DNA of 64,000 nt from Marsupella aquatica (lineage: Eukaryota > Plantae > Marchantiophyta). The DNA lies in NCBI GenBank assembly GCA_973895155.1, contig OZ316895.1:12221929-12285928 (forward strand), in the 5' to 3' direction. The notes beneath the pieces were generated by a model. The model was not told the origin of the DNA. It ran no database searches and saw only the letters and a list, made by a program, of their open reading frames with translations. This document shows positions 32,460 to 46,008 of the stretch, piece after piece. Positions within the stretch are counted from its first letter, which is position 1. Every line of letters starts with the position of its first letter. The translations under genes and the position numbers were made by a program.

Positions 32460-34309
32460 AAAACCTGGTCAGAGCTAGTAATGATTCAGTTCATTCAGAG
32501 AATTTGTGCCAGGCATATTTTCGTTACAATGGAGAACTCCTCCGTCCAATGCAGCTGTTAGTCCTCGAACAATTGACGGGCCCTCCTAGAACATTTGGAG
32601 AAAACTCCCCGATGAAACTTCGCAGACATCGAAATGTGAGTGCTACGTGTGCTCCAGATAGGGAATGTCCGTTGGGAAGAAGAAATTGAGAGTTGATAAG
32701 AAGCTGGTTCGTCAAGTAGAAATTCTGGGTTTCACTGAATGTGTGACAGATGTTTCCTAACTTCATCTCGTCCCAAAGCATAATTTACATGGATAATAAC
32801 TGAGTACATGTCCATTCAGAGGCCTATTGTAATTGTTTCCAGCATGCCATGCACCTCTTTCTTATTTTTTGCATTGTAACTATCCACTACCAGATGTCGA
32901 GGAGATTGATCCGATGTGCCCACTGGCTCCCCCTTTGTGTTCAGGGTGCCCAATTTACTCACTTCTGTTTGGGGCCCCTTCTCACTCTGAAAACTGTGTA
33001 CTGATAATGAACTTGTAAGAATAAGCCAATTGGGCTTCACCAAGTGATGTAAATGAAAGTAACCCCCCCTGATAGTTCTCTTTGTATTTCTATGGATATT
33101 ATAAGCCATTATCCCCTGCCAACCTGGTGCAGGGGATATGACATTCTGGCCCCTATGGCTAGCCAGCCTTGAAGGTTAGCCAAATTTCAGGAGTTTCAGG
33201 TCAAAATAGAGCAAAATTACACTTGGGAGGTAATAGAGCACAACCGGGAGGTAATAGAGCAAAACTACACTTGGGGGGTTACGCTCGTTAATCTGTGCCC
33301 ACTCTGGGACCATGGCTGTAACCCCTCGGGCTCACCGCTATCACATCCCATAACCCCTTGTTACCCTACACAATTACCTTTTGGACATCAAGGGTTGAAA
33401 AGAGGCGTGTATATTGGGCCATGCAGTAACCAAATTATAAAACTCCCAAGCTAGTGAGGGCTCTATAGGGTCAATAGTTCCCTGGATTTTTCCATTTGTT
33501 CGTTCACAGAGAGTTTGTCCAGGTACACAGGGACAAACTCCTGAGAAAAGGCCATAGCATGAAAGTACCGTACCGGAGTCAATCAGCGGGGTCTGTGCAT
33601 GAGTTCAGCACAACAACCCCCCCGTGCACCTGGAATTGTGCCAAACAGCTATACTGTCCCCACTGAGGAGCCCAAAACAGTAACAACTTGTGAATATCCA
33701 GGCATGTATCACACTGCCAAAGAACAGAAAGTGCCAAAACCAAAGACAAGATTTACCCTGAGCAAGTGTGTGTATGGTGTTGGGATCTGTTCTCATTCTT
33801 CACTTTCTTCTATTTCTAGGCCACATGTTGGTCGAGTGTGAGAACTACAAAGTAAATTAACTGCAATGCCATGAGAAAAACCTATAGCAAAAGGAAACGA
33901 AGGTGCTCTATCCATTCACCCCCTAGTCGCCCCTTACCTCGTTGTGGCAATCGGGTTGACACCAGTGTTTTCCATTGTATTCTGAGGAGGTGGCACTTAT
34001 GACAAGTTGAGAAACTCCCTTAGTAAATAATTGCTCTTGACTTGTATGTTGACATTATGGCCGTAGATCTATGTTGGCCAGATCTGGACCATGGATTAAG
34101 CCAAAGAAGTCACTTAAACTTTTTGGAAACCTCTTTGTATCATTCACAAGTCCCTTTGCTTAGTAGCATAGATGCAAAAAAATTGCACAAATACGAAACA
34201 CTGGGTGGCACATAGGAAGTGTACCGCTCCAGTAAGCTGTACACAACCTTGTTGGCGACCCCCTCTCCCAGATGGGGAGGGGGTGGGGTGGTAAAGGGTA
34301 GGAATGGAG

Positions 34310-34922
34310 GAAAAGTGGAAGGAGGATCGGGTGCAAATGTGCTATGCTTGTTTTGCCAGATACATAGAGCAAGAGATTGGGCTCAATCATGTACTTAGAA
34401 TGCGTCCTTGGTTTAATCCTATCTGCTGTCCCAACCTTTTTGCATCCATGGTGAGGGTTGAAAGGGCAGGGAGGGCATCGTTGCAAAAATTCTAAGAGGG
34501 ACGTTTGTGGTGGCAAAGGGAGTGAATGGAAAGAGGCTGCAAGATAATTGGGAGGCTCAAAGGTAAACTTTCCAATAAGTGGAAAGGAGGATGGGGTGCA
34601 AATGTGCTATAACCAGATACATGGATCAAGAGAATTGGGCTCATGTACTTAGGATAGACCCTTGGTTTAATCCTATCTGCTGTCCCAACCTTTTTTCCAT
34701 CCATGGTGTGGGTTCCAAGGGCAGGTGGGGCATCGTTGCAAGATTCTAAGAGTGACATTTGTGGTGGCAATGGGGATGAATGGAAAAAGAGTCCAAGATG
34801 ATTGGGAGGCTCAAAGGTAACTTTCCAATAAGTGGAAGGAGGATGGGGTGCAAATGTGCTATGATTGCTCTGCCAGATACATGGAGCAAGAGATTGGGCT
34901 CATGTACTTAGGATAGGCCCTT
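34310..34922. repeat. Degenerate tandem repeat, about 250-265-bp unit, about 2.4 copies (probably TE-derived)
   Basis: GGAGGAT.GGGTGCAAATGTGCTAT..CCAGATACAT..CAAGAG.TTGGGCTC..ATGTACTTAG recurs at about 34321, 34586 and 34838. Confidence 0.85.
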
Positions 34923-36880
34923 TGTTGGGTGTGCTTCTCATCCACAATGGCCGTCTTTGGGGATTCTGGAGGGCATTGAGAGGATCTATCCAGCCTCTCC
35001 AAGTTAGATTGATACAATGAAGGTAGGGCTATGGGGTGATGGAGCTTTTCGGGACTCGTTTGGTCCAGATTCATATCTCAGGCGCTATTCACCTTAAGAA
35101 AGTTGGCTTCAACTTATAGTTTACAGGTGACATCACTTTTTCATCTATGAAGTCACTGTCGTATTATGACACCACCAACAAATTTGGGACATGTACCTTG
35201 TGTGACCGAAGAAGTTCTTCGTTCATTTGATGCCTCTCTGCATTTAACGTACCGATTGGGATACAGTAAGGATTGGGGAGTGGAAAATTAGGGTTGATAC
35301 TATTACGAACTTTACTATCATGACTGTGTTTCTGAAATTTTCTTGTAGTAGCGACTGGAGAATTGATTTATCGAGGAGCGAGGTAGTCTCCTGCTGAAAT
35401 TTTCTTGTAGTAGCGACTGGAGAAAGCGAGGTAGTCTCCAGAAACCGGTGCAGATTTCTTGAAAATCGAGGATTTCCCCAGAAATTGCGAGTTGATCAGA
35501 CTTTCAAGTGACGGGAGTTGGTGCAACCAAATTCTCTCGAAAAGGTAATGAGAGATATTTACCAATAATCATGGACGTCGCACCATGCCAATGAATCTTA
35601 CACTGAGACAATCAAGATGACTTGAAACATTTGGGTGGAAACCAAACAACCAACGCAAGCAAATCTGATTGAGATGGTGGATATCTGAAGTCATATCCTG
35701 AATTTTGTCATAAATAGTCTATTTCGTAGAATCTAGAATTTATTGAATGTAGAATGTATTATTTAAAATCTTTCGACCGGAAAGGAACTTTATTGCCAGA
35801 AATTGATGAGGTTTTCAGCCCCAAGGATATCTCTTTTTCAGTCCTCTTTCGCGTAACAAACTGTGGCAACTTTTGTAGCCAGGTCAGCAATCTACATAGA
35901 TTTCCCGGAAATGATTTGTCGACCAGAAGATCATCACCACTAACTTTGTTGTTGACAAGTCACCCTTACTCATTCTGTTCCAATGACTTCCTTTACGATT
36001 CCTCTCATCCTTGTTGAAACAGGGGCGCCATTGTTTCCAAAATTTCCATCAAGTGACAATTGCTTTACTTCATTGAATTAGGTCCCTTCTCCTCATTGTT
36101 TTTCATTCTTCCATTTGGCGATTGTCCTTTATTCTAAATTGCTGAGCACTAAAGACTCTGCTATGGATGAAGTGTCTCAATACACAGAGTCATCGGCCAC
36201 TGCCGCCATCATCCAGTCACTTTGGATTGCTGTAATACTGAAAGTTAGAATAATGGTCCACAGTGGTAAACCCGTTCCGTCATGGTTTTGCGATGGTGGT
36301 TGTAGGACTCATGTAGTTGGAACATTGAACCCTGTTGCATCTTGAAGTAATAATCTTGGAATACTAACAGTACGAGGGAAATTATGACATGCTTTTTACT
36401 TCGTGGCATAGGACGATTTTTAAAAACAATTGTCCCCTAAATTTGCATGTAGATCAAAACTAACCCTCAAAGAATGATTTGAGGGTAGAACATGGTATCC
36501 TACTTAGCTTTAGGAATGTGTACATGGTCAGCAGAGAAGTGAACTTTATTTTAAATCCAAGTGAGCAGCAGGAATTTTAATGCCCACAAGCACGGGCGAG
36601 TGTCTACCATCACATTAAACAGAAGGTAATTTTACAAACAGGGAGAAGCCCGTTTGATGAGATAGATACTAGACAACTTCTATTCAATTGGTGTTTCGGA
36701 GGAATTTGTCTCACATGTGAAGAACAAACAGATAACTTGAGAAGCTTGCAAGTTACTTGCTTAGGGTATTTGTCATTACTAAAAATCAAAAGCGTTTGAT
36801 GAATGCCCTCTCGCAGGAACTATGAAAGCTTAAGTTGAGACGTGCAATCAGGGGATTAAACCAGACTCGCGTACCATTTT

Positions 36881-37459
36881 GTGTTACGAACATCATACAG
36901 TTTCCGGAGAGGCATCACATCTGTGAGGAGACTGATGGTTCTCAGAGTAATTATAAAACAAGGTCAGGGAAGACTATATGACAGCTCGGAGGAGAGCAGC
37001 AGTTCCTTTGAGAGCTTTGTGGACTACTATGGCAAAAGAGTAAAACTCCAACATCCACCGAGACTTGCCAAACCTCGCACAAGAGCAGCGGCCGAATTAG
37101 AATATTTTGCGGACAGACTCGATTATTCCCTTCGTCAAGAACAAGTCGATCATATTAGGTGGCCAGGTGAGCAACAAGCGAAGCGTCGCCTGATAGGACT
37201 TGAAGAACGGCAACGGCACCGGCCCACAGTGCCCAAGAAGAACGCTTCGGCTCCTCAAAACATCCATCAAAGACGAGTTCCAGTTGAGGTTTTGCCCATT
37301 TATAACTCCGAAAACACAGCCAAATGGCACATAACACACAGCCAAATGGCGTATCCAGATGTACGCAAAGAACGCACGTGGATATCTTATAAGGGTCAAA
37401 AGCCTCGTCGCACTGGTGTACACTTCAATTCTAATCACAAGCTCAGGAACTACTATTAG
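36881..37459 (+). other. Unassigned 192-codon open frame (possible orphan exon)
   Basis: Long open frame with protein-like composition in a repeat-poor region. No recognisable domain and no verified start or splice partner. Confidence 0.3.
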
Positions 37460-40231
37460 GTGACCACACATCCTCGTTTCTGAAGAGATATCTCAACTGA
37501 TTAGGATTAATATTTCAAACCATGCATTCAATTCCACGTCGTCGTTGTAGTCGAAGACCAGGTTCTAACGTATCCGCTTAGACATAGATGAACTCTCCCA
37601 GCATACAAGTCACATTCCTCCTCGTTACAGTATATTGTGAACTTTCAGATCTGACCAAAAAATGCATCGCCAAACGCTTTCTAACTTTGTGGGAGACTCA
37701 TCTGTCCCATTTTCCAATCAGTATTTTGACATGGTGTAAAGAGTGCAAATGGCATCAAATTCTAGATGTTGGAATGCTCATTACTTGTCCACCACACTCC
37801 CCAGTTGCCTGCTCGTCCCGGAGGCTCTGTGCATGTCTCACCTCAAGCAAAGGTGTTCAGATCCAGGGAAAGTTCATGAGCTTTAACAGACATGTGTTTG
37901 CAGACGAATCACCGCTTGTTTCATGATACATCTTGTCGCTCAGTTCTGCCTGATCACTAAATGACCCAGAATTTTGAAAGGTAGATGATTTCACTGTGAG
38001 AATAGCAAAATATATAGTTCCGGCCTCCTGATCACGAGCGCTACAATGCAGTCGACAGGGCTGGTAGTTTTACAAATTAAGGCCATGGAATTCGTAAAAG
38101 CTTGAGATCTAATGATCTATATCGATCAGGTTAAAGCGCTGTTGTTATTTGCCTCTGAGTATAGAACTAAAGGATCTTCCCATGAGAGGGGGCGGGGGGG
38201 GAGGGGGGGCTTTCGTGCAAGCAGAACTTCCATCCACCGATATACCACAGAGAAACAAAATTTGTGAAAGCACTGTACAGAGATACAAGGACTCTTAAGC
38301 TAGACAGTGCTTGGATGCTGCCATGATTTGGTGCGCACTCTCACTCACTCGTGAACAGAGATTTCAGGCAGTTAAACAGAGAGCGAATGTAATTTTGATT
38401 GCAAAACGAGTTCCAACATGGTGGTCGAATGTGCCCCGGACCCTCTATGTTAAAAAGACTGTCCGTTTCAGACAGCGTCAATATACTCAACACGCGCATG
38501 ACATCGTATTGATATAGCAAAAATCTCCACTAATGCGCTGCTATCTCGATCAACTTGCTCTATAACTTGCAGACGATAATGGCGATAGATAATCTGGCTC
38601 CTTTTTGAAACAAATGCGATTGAAGAGAGTGCAGAATGTCGTCGTGACTAGACTGCAATTAAACAGTGAGCTCTGTGACATATATATCGCGCTTATAGCA
38701 ACAATCTTCCAGGATAGACACTTGACCGTGGCTTTCAGTCCGTTCGACATCTCGTGCACAGTGGACATTTTGCCACTGACAACGAAGTCTGCACTTAGCA
38801 GCCTTGTATAAGTCCCGCTCGCTGTTAGTACCGTGGTATGCAATGACAATTTCAGTAATGACGATCGCATCAACATATATACGAGGTTTGCAACGTTCAG
38901 ATTGTCTCAATTCTGAGTACTATAGACGGAAAGAACAGCGCAAAATTCAATAGCCCTCACTCTAAATTATTAATGGACGATGCATCACTATGTCAGATCC
39001 AGTAATCCGGGCCAGTTCAACTACGAGAGCAGTGCGCGCTAAAACTCTCCCAGTGAGAATAAGTCTAGAGAGGTGCAACTGCTTGCTCTGCAACAAAAAT
39101 TCACAAAAATTCCAGCAATCAACGGAGTGAATCATCAAATTATTTGTCAGTGGCCGAATTCGACATGTACATTGCTACTTCAACTAAACTCAATTTGAGA
39201 TTCTCGCTAGTCTTGTTTACTTTTACTCTACTGTCTACAAAGAGTCAACTAAGTCCGTGTGATTGACTTTTATTTTTATTTTCTATTTTCTAAATATTAC
39301 AGAATTTCAGCTCACAGCTCTCAGTTCAACAGAAATGAAAATTCAATACATGATTCACCAGCCACGGCTCCACAATAGCTAGTACACAACTTCTGAACAT
39401 TCAATCTATGCTCATGTCTTGATTGGACTCCACTGCTCCCGAGACTCCAATGTATACTGAATCTCTATCAAACCCATGTCGCTGACCAAGCTGCTGATGA
39501 TCAACTCTGTTTTGCGTCCACATCATATGATACAAGATTTACTGCTGGATAAGACTAGAGAGTAGAAGAAAACCGCCCGGATTGACTGGCGAGACTTAGA
39601 TGCTTAAATTCAGATCCTCCAGTACATAAGCTTTCAGCTGCGGGGCACGAGGGAGAAAAATATAGCTCAGTCGATCATCCAGTTCCCGCTAGATGATCTA
39701 ATCCTGTGGGTTCTGAGATCGGTTCCGAAATAACTAGGAAAATCTTCTGTTAGACCATCACTGGGACCATCACCGGACCATGAATAGAGCTTGTATCCCG
39801 TGGAATATGAATAAGCCCCTCAGAATGTGCGACTCTTGGAGTGCATACACATTACTCTGGTTGCCTTGTCTACTTACCACACTGTAAAATTGTGCATGAG
39901 GAAGTTATCATCGTTCTCCAGAGCCTCCATGTGTTCGGTGCAGAAGATTAATGATAGAGGCAGGACGAGATTCACTTTCTCGGTCCCTTGAAAATGATGA
40001 AGGATCCAAAGCCTCCTCCGTGTGGCCAGTTGGACAGTCGATCGATCGACAGCATGTGCTGCCAAGCTCTGCCGATTCCCTAATGAGCAATTAGCTCCTA
40101 GACGTGGTCGACACACCACCTTCACCATCGGAACCCTTGATTCGAGAAGAGACCCAAACCTACGCAAGTACCAATAGTCTGTGGGCTTACTAGGTAGCTA
40201 GGCCATCAGGATTTCTACATTTTGCTCAGGG

Positions 40232-40513
40232 TCACTTTGGATTCCCGGACCCAAAGCTGAGGAAGCTGTAGCTGAAACATATGGATAGGATACTGACGAG
40301 CAGAATACTCGAGAAGTCGAAGCCCGTTGCGTTTCCTCCTGGAGACGGAGATGGCGCAGGGGAGGCGAGGATGGCGTCAACGTCCAGGTCTTGAGCCATG
40401 ATCACCGTTGCGTGCATGCATGCCAGGTAGACCACGGCCAGAGCGAGAGCAGAGGCCAATCTCAGTCCGCCCGGCATCAGCCTTGTATTGCTTGCTGCTA
40501 CTACCCTTGCCAT
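40232..40513 (-). CDS. GPI-anchored arabinogalactan (AG) peptide-like protein, 93 aa precursor
   Basis: MARVVAAS..LASALALAVVYLACMHATVIMA|Q signal peptide, short ASPAPSPSP glycomodule, small-residue omega region (GGNATG) and hydrophobic tail FSSILLVSILSICFSYSFL. Confidence 0.8.
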   Translation of the reverse strand: MARVVAASNTRLMPGGLRLASALALAVVYLACMHATVIMAQDLDVDAILASPAPSPSPGGNATGFDFSSILLVSILSICFSYSFLSFGSGNPK

Positions 40514-41633
40514 TTCGTTACTATCTTGTACAATTTTGTCTCGCAATTAACGGGCTCGATTGCCTAAAACCGGAGTTCTTGTTGGCAATGATCCCACTTC
40601 ACCATGTAAATTCGAGGCTCTTTGCTTCAGACTTCTTCAAATTCAATCTGCAAAAACAATCAGCCTAGTGTAATTTCTCCTTAATTCGACCTGACTTTGC
40701 GGACTGCTCTGGCTACGTACCTCACCAGCCTGAGACCTGTCAGCAGAATTAATTGGATCATGAAGAACTAAAAGGAGTGCAAGAATTGAGACATACTAAA
40801 AACGCCAAGTGAAATCAAGAAATTCTCTCCAGCTGCAGGCGTTCGGAGCAGCAAGTCACCAGCAACCGTAAGAACTGTCCGCTCGCTCGTCGATCCACTC
40901 GATCACTCCTCCGTTCGGTTGCTTGATTGAGATTTTGCGCGTTAGTAAGGTACTCGAAGAGTTGGTGGCTAACTTGGTGAAGAACTCTCCCTAGCCCAGC
41001 ACAGCATAGCCCAGCACGAAAATTGGAGAATCACCAGACCAAGCGATTGTTTACAACTAACGAGCTCTTTTACTCCCTGGATCAATTCATTCAGACAAGT
41101 CTAGCTGCTGCTGCTGTTGCTGCTACTCCCACAGGAATCTAATAAGAATAGCTACGTACAAACTAGCTAAGCTCAGCTAAGCTCAGCGAAATGCTACTGT
41201 AGCTACTTCTACGAGCTGCAACTACGTCGATCAGGCCAAACTTTCAAAGCAAGTCAAGGAGGTGAAGACAACACAACACCTTGATTCCTGCATCGTTCTA
41301 GCTTAGCATCAGTCTAGCTAAATAATATAGGCGAAGCGTACCCACCCAGGGCCAATATGCATCACGCCGCACGAGCGATCTAGCGTCCCCTCGATCATTA
41401 TTAATCGATCGAATTGTGTGCTGCTCTCATTCGTTTCGCTCTCTCGCTTGGCAATCAATCAGTCGCTTTGACAAGACTGTGAGATGAAAATTATGCAGCA
41501 AAGGATGTCCGGATGACAGACTCGATCTTCAAGCTGGCTGAATGACTGATGGGTCGGTTGCTGCAGTTACTGTAGCTCGAGGGTAACTCGAGGTAGGTAA
41601 AAGGTCAACTGACATCCTAATTAGTACTTCGTG

Positions 41634-42340
41634 GAAAGCTTAGTACGCTGTCATTTTTCTTTGAAGGCAGGAAACTTTATAAACGAATTAAGTCACAATA
41701 GTCTTGGAACCTGAAAGTGTAAGAAAGCTTAGTACGCTGTCATTTTTCTTTGAAGACAGGAAACTTTATAAACGAATTAGGTCTTGGAACCGAAAGTGTA
41801 AGAACGCTTAGTACGCTGTCATTTTTCTTTGAGGACAGGAAACTTTATAATCGAATTAAGTCACAATAGAGTCGGAACCGAAAGTGTAAGAAAGCTTAGT
41901 ACGCTGTCATTTTTCTTTGAAGACAGGAAATTTTATAAACGAGTTAAAATCACAATAGTCTTGGAACCTGAAAGTGTAAGAAAGCTTAGTACGCTGTCAT
42001 TTTTTCTTTGAAGACAGGAAACATTATAAACGAATTAAGTCACAATAGTCTTGGAACCGAAAGTGTAAGAACGCTTAGTACGCTGTCATTTTTCTTTTGA
42101 AGACAGGAAACTTTATAAACGAATTAAGTCACAATAGTCTTGGAACCGAAAGTGTAAGAAAGCTTAGTACGCTGTCATTTTTCTTTGAAGACAGGAAACT
42201 TTTTATAAACGAGTTAAAATCACAATAGTCTTGGAACCTGAAAGTGTAAGAAAGCTTAGTACGCTGTCATTTTTCTTTGAAGACAGGAAACTTTATAAAC
42301 GAATTAAGTCACAATAGTCTTGGAACCTGAACGTGTAAGA
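41634..42340. repeat. Tandem array of about 89-bp units, 8 copies
   Basis: AAAGCTTAGTACGCTGTCATTTTTCTTTGAAGACAGGAAACTTTATAAACGAATTAAGTCACAATAGTCTTGGAACC(T)GAAAGTGTAAG repeated with few changes. One unit is shortened by a deletion. Confidence 0.96.
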
Positions 42341-44681
42341 TCAGAATACTTGTGGAACCTTAGAGTGTCATGATATCAACGTGTAAGAACTTATATGCAT
42401 GGTATGGTAACAAACTCGGATTCCAGCTCCTTCTGTTGCATGAGAGCTAAGGGGCCTGCATGGAAAGAATACATGAGGAATCCATTGGAAACCTTCAATT
42501 ACTGGTCAAATGCATGCGGGAATGCATGTTTAAAATGTAAGTGTAAAACATACTCTGGGAGTAAGAGTAAACATGCCACTTGTATCCATCAGGGCATGGC
42601 ATGTCTTTGGCAGTGTTGGTGTCCACCAAAGTTTCCATTTTAGTTTGATCTGAAGTCATACGCTTGACAATGCTATATATGTCCATCTCAGCTTCCACTT
42701 GAGGGCCAAACAGAAGAAATGATACCAAAAAAAAAACCAAAAATAGAAAACTGGAGTTTCCCTACTTGGAAACCAGTTGTGCAGCTTGCTACAGGCGGTT
42801 TTTCTTCTAGAAAAAGAAAAGGTAATGAGTTGAGGCCATCTTGCATGTGATGGTCTTCAAGAAATTGGCCCTTCAAGTCAACCCCTTGACAAATCTTGAC
42901 TGAGCGAGTGTTTAGGGTTTGAGACCCTCCACTGACACCTCCTAAGTGTCCACTGTCTAATAAAATATTGTCATGATCTCATGAGGTTCTGAAGTTGATG
43001 CTAGCCCACATGGACTCAGCAGTTTTGAGCCAAAATTGTGAGCATTCATACAAGGAACAATACAATTCAAGCGCAAAACAAAATTTGAAAATGAAGACCT
43101 ATCCATATACTCCTAATTTTCATGTGTTGGTGCTTCTTTTGAAAAACGTTGGAAAACTTTTGTATATAGATCCTGTTGCGCAAAAACATTGTAACGCAAA
43201 TCTTTCCTTATGTGCTGCTCTTGTCATGTTGTGCCACTTTCAGTCAAGAAAGAGTCACCAGTCATGCCTGGTTGAGTAAGCTTGCAGATATGCTGTATGT
43301 CAAAATTTGCAATAAGACAGCCATGACCTTTATGGAAAGGTCTACTATGTCCCAGTTTTTGTCAAATGTTCTGGTCCATCTGGGCTTCTCTTTTCTAGCT
43401 TTTCTAAATTATTTAAAGATTGTTTTTGTGTCTTTATTTTCCAAGGAACTTGTGCGCTAGTGTTCACAACTCCCCAGCAAGTTGTGTAAGGACTTCATCT
43501 ATTGATCCACACTCATTGATTCTGCAAGCAGGCAAACAGATTGTAGTAGCAACTCCAGGATCCATCATTCCAGCATGCAGCCAAGAAGTATGCCTGCCAA
43601 AGAAAAGTCGTATCTATTAGCTTGGACAGTGTAAGATCACCTAGACCCAGGAGCCTGAGTTTAGACCTTTACACCACTATCCATGGGATGTTTCTGATAA
43701 TCACATCCTTACTTTATGGTGACTCAGGTGGTGCCTAGGGTCGTGTGGTAATCTTCTTTTTGTCTGGAGCCTTTTTAATTTATTTTTAAGGGAAAATCTG
43801 TGAAACCCCATAGAAAGGGACAATCTACATTTGAATTCAATATCTAATGAGTCACTGCTCAAGTGAGCTACCATACATCCATGCCTCTCTGGGTTGTGGT
43901 GTTGTAATATTCTGCACAACAATAGAAGAATCAATCTGCAACCCACAATTGTTTTGAGGCATATGAACAACATATGAAATGTCTGCAAGGAAGCCACTTG
44001 ACACATTTAAAGATTGGACTCCAGAGGTGTATCCAAATCTTGCTTGGGTGGGAGAAGATCTGTGCGTCCACTTTTAACTCAAAATTCTGATATTAGGAAT
44101 GGACCAAGCTGCTGGGGGAACAGACCTCCAATGGGGTGGTCTAAAACTTGGACAAAAATGTGTCCAGGTATGCAAACTTGCGCCCCACTTAATTCCATGT
44201 AGGTTAGGCAAAAGTTTAGAAGGAATCTACGCACATTTTGTGTAGTGAACTGCAAGAGTATCTCCCCAATGACACCCCCACCACATCTGTAAACCAGAGA
44301 AAAAATTAGTTTGAGGACCTCTTGGTTATGTAAGCTTGTTTTATTGAACTATTTGGAACCATGAATAGCTGCACATTGAATAGATAGATGAGATGAGAAA
44401 GATTAAATGGAAGATTCTAAATGAACTGAATTTTAAAGATGGTTTGGAAAATTTAGTCTAAGATAAATAGGAGTACATTCATGGTAATACCAAGGGTAAT
44501 TCTCCATGGAAAATGTTTCCCTTAGTACCTCTATGTCTACCTAATACATATAACATTCTCTATAGTTCATGCAAAATATTACTTTGCCCATAATAGTTGA
44601 AAGGTCTTAGAGTCCCTTGCTATTCTTCTACCCATAGTAGTTATGGTGTTTAGGGTTTAAGGTCCTTGCACCACATGTAGC

Positions 44682-44723
44682 ATTGGAAATGTGAAGACAT
44701 CCCTGTGTCTTCACATTTCCAAT
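44682..44723. repeat. Perfect 18-bp inverted repeat with 6-nt loop
   Basis: ATTGGAAATGTGAAGACA-TCCCTG-TGTCTTCACATTTCCAAT. Confidence 0.9.
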
Positions 44724-46008
44724 TGTGGCCCCAACGTGCAACATGAAATGAGATTTGGTCCCAATGTTCAGCATGAAATTTGAAATGAAATTTCTAGCAA
44801 AGGTCATCCATAATCAAATTCCTCTTGTATGAAATGAAAGCTTTTCACACAAAATGTCATCCTGGTAAGCATGAACGTCCCCATAGATCCCTCAAAGCTT
44901 AGAAATCCTTTCTCACCAAAAAGTTTGAAATGGAATTCCATCTGAGCTTATAGCTCTTCGTCCAACACTTTCGAGGAGGGAAGGAAATCCGAAGTTTCAA
45001 ATTATGCCAGTTGATGCACAGTGTGTGGAAAGACATAAAGAGTCCCAAACCAGAACATCCCAAACACCGCCGCCCTGTTCTCGCTTGCCGTCTCAAGGGG
45101 CGCAGTACAGCATTGCAGAATTGAATTCCTCACGGCCTCTAATTTCTCACAATCATGGACATGACGCTTATCTGCGTTTTGGGGCGAATTATCACATCTC
45201 GTGGGCCAGAACAAAGTTAAAACACTGGTTCTGCCACCTGCAACCGTCTGGAGCTATTCCTCAATGCAAATGAGTCTCTGCCGACCACTTGGTGAGGAAC
45301 CCCAGCACTGGAAATGTTGAATGCTGAACAGATGCAAGAGAGTTTACTCGAGAAGGAAGCTGAAAAATAATTCCGTGATGCATTGACAATCGAAGAGAGG
45401 TTAATTTACCTCAGTCCGTATTTGGGCAGTATCCTCTGTGATATGGTTGGCGGTATTTATCTCAATCCTTTTGCATTGTAGTTCCGAATCCTCAGTCACC
45501 TCGTTGTAATGAAAGTACTGCGCAGTTCATTCCCCGGCTGTAGTTGCTCACTTGGAGCTAGTTGGAATACATGTGCTTCGGCAGAGAGAGACAAGTACTT
45601 TGCATACTGAAATCATCATCAATACGAAGACGTTGATTAAAGATCCGCAGAGGATGTTCGCCTCCCTTCCCTTTGAGTGAGTTAGACCCCCGTAGCTTAA
45701 GTACTGTAGTTCTAGACCAAGCTCCCTCCCATGTGCTGTTTGTCTATGAAAATTGGGTGAAATCATTTTTCTGTCTTTACTACAGTTACTTGACATTGTG
45801 CACAACTGTAGCTGTTGGACTGATTGATTGGAGTTCCATCGTGCAGGACTGGATGCTTGGAGTGCGTAATCCTCGTCTCAGTAGTTATGTAGTTATGGGA
45901 CAGCCCACAAACAAAAGCGAGGTCAGCACACAGCCATTGATGCTCTATGGTGGAAAGGTTCGGGTATTATAGATGCCAGGCGAGAGGCGCAACTCTAGCT
46001 AGGGCACA

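Noticed and set aside
38659-38910. EIVIAYHGTNS motif reminiscent of class-3 lipases
   Set aside because: An isolated short motif with no GxSxG or supporting exons.
41634-42340. CRISPR-like regular array
   Set aside because: Whole units repeat with no unique spacers, there are no cas genes, and the context is eukaryotic. It is a satellite.
42400-44330. Possible MULE-type transposase relic (DGYKW, TAESMW fragments on the minus strand)
   Set aside because: The fragments are too short and interrupted to support a call without a search.
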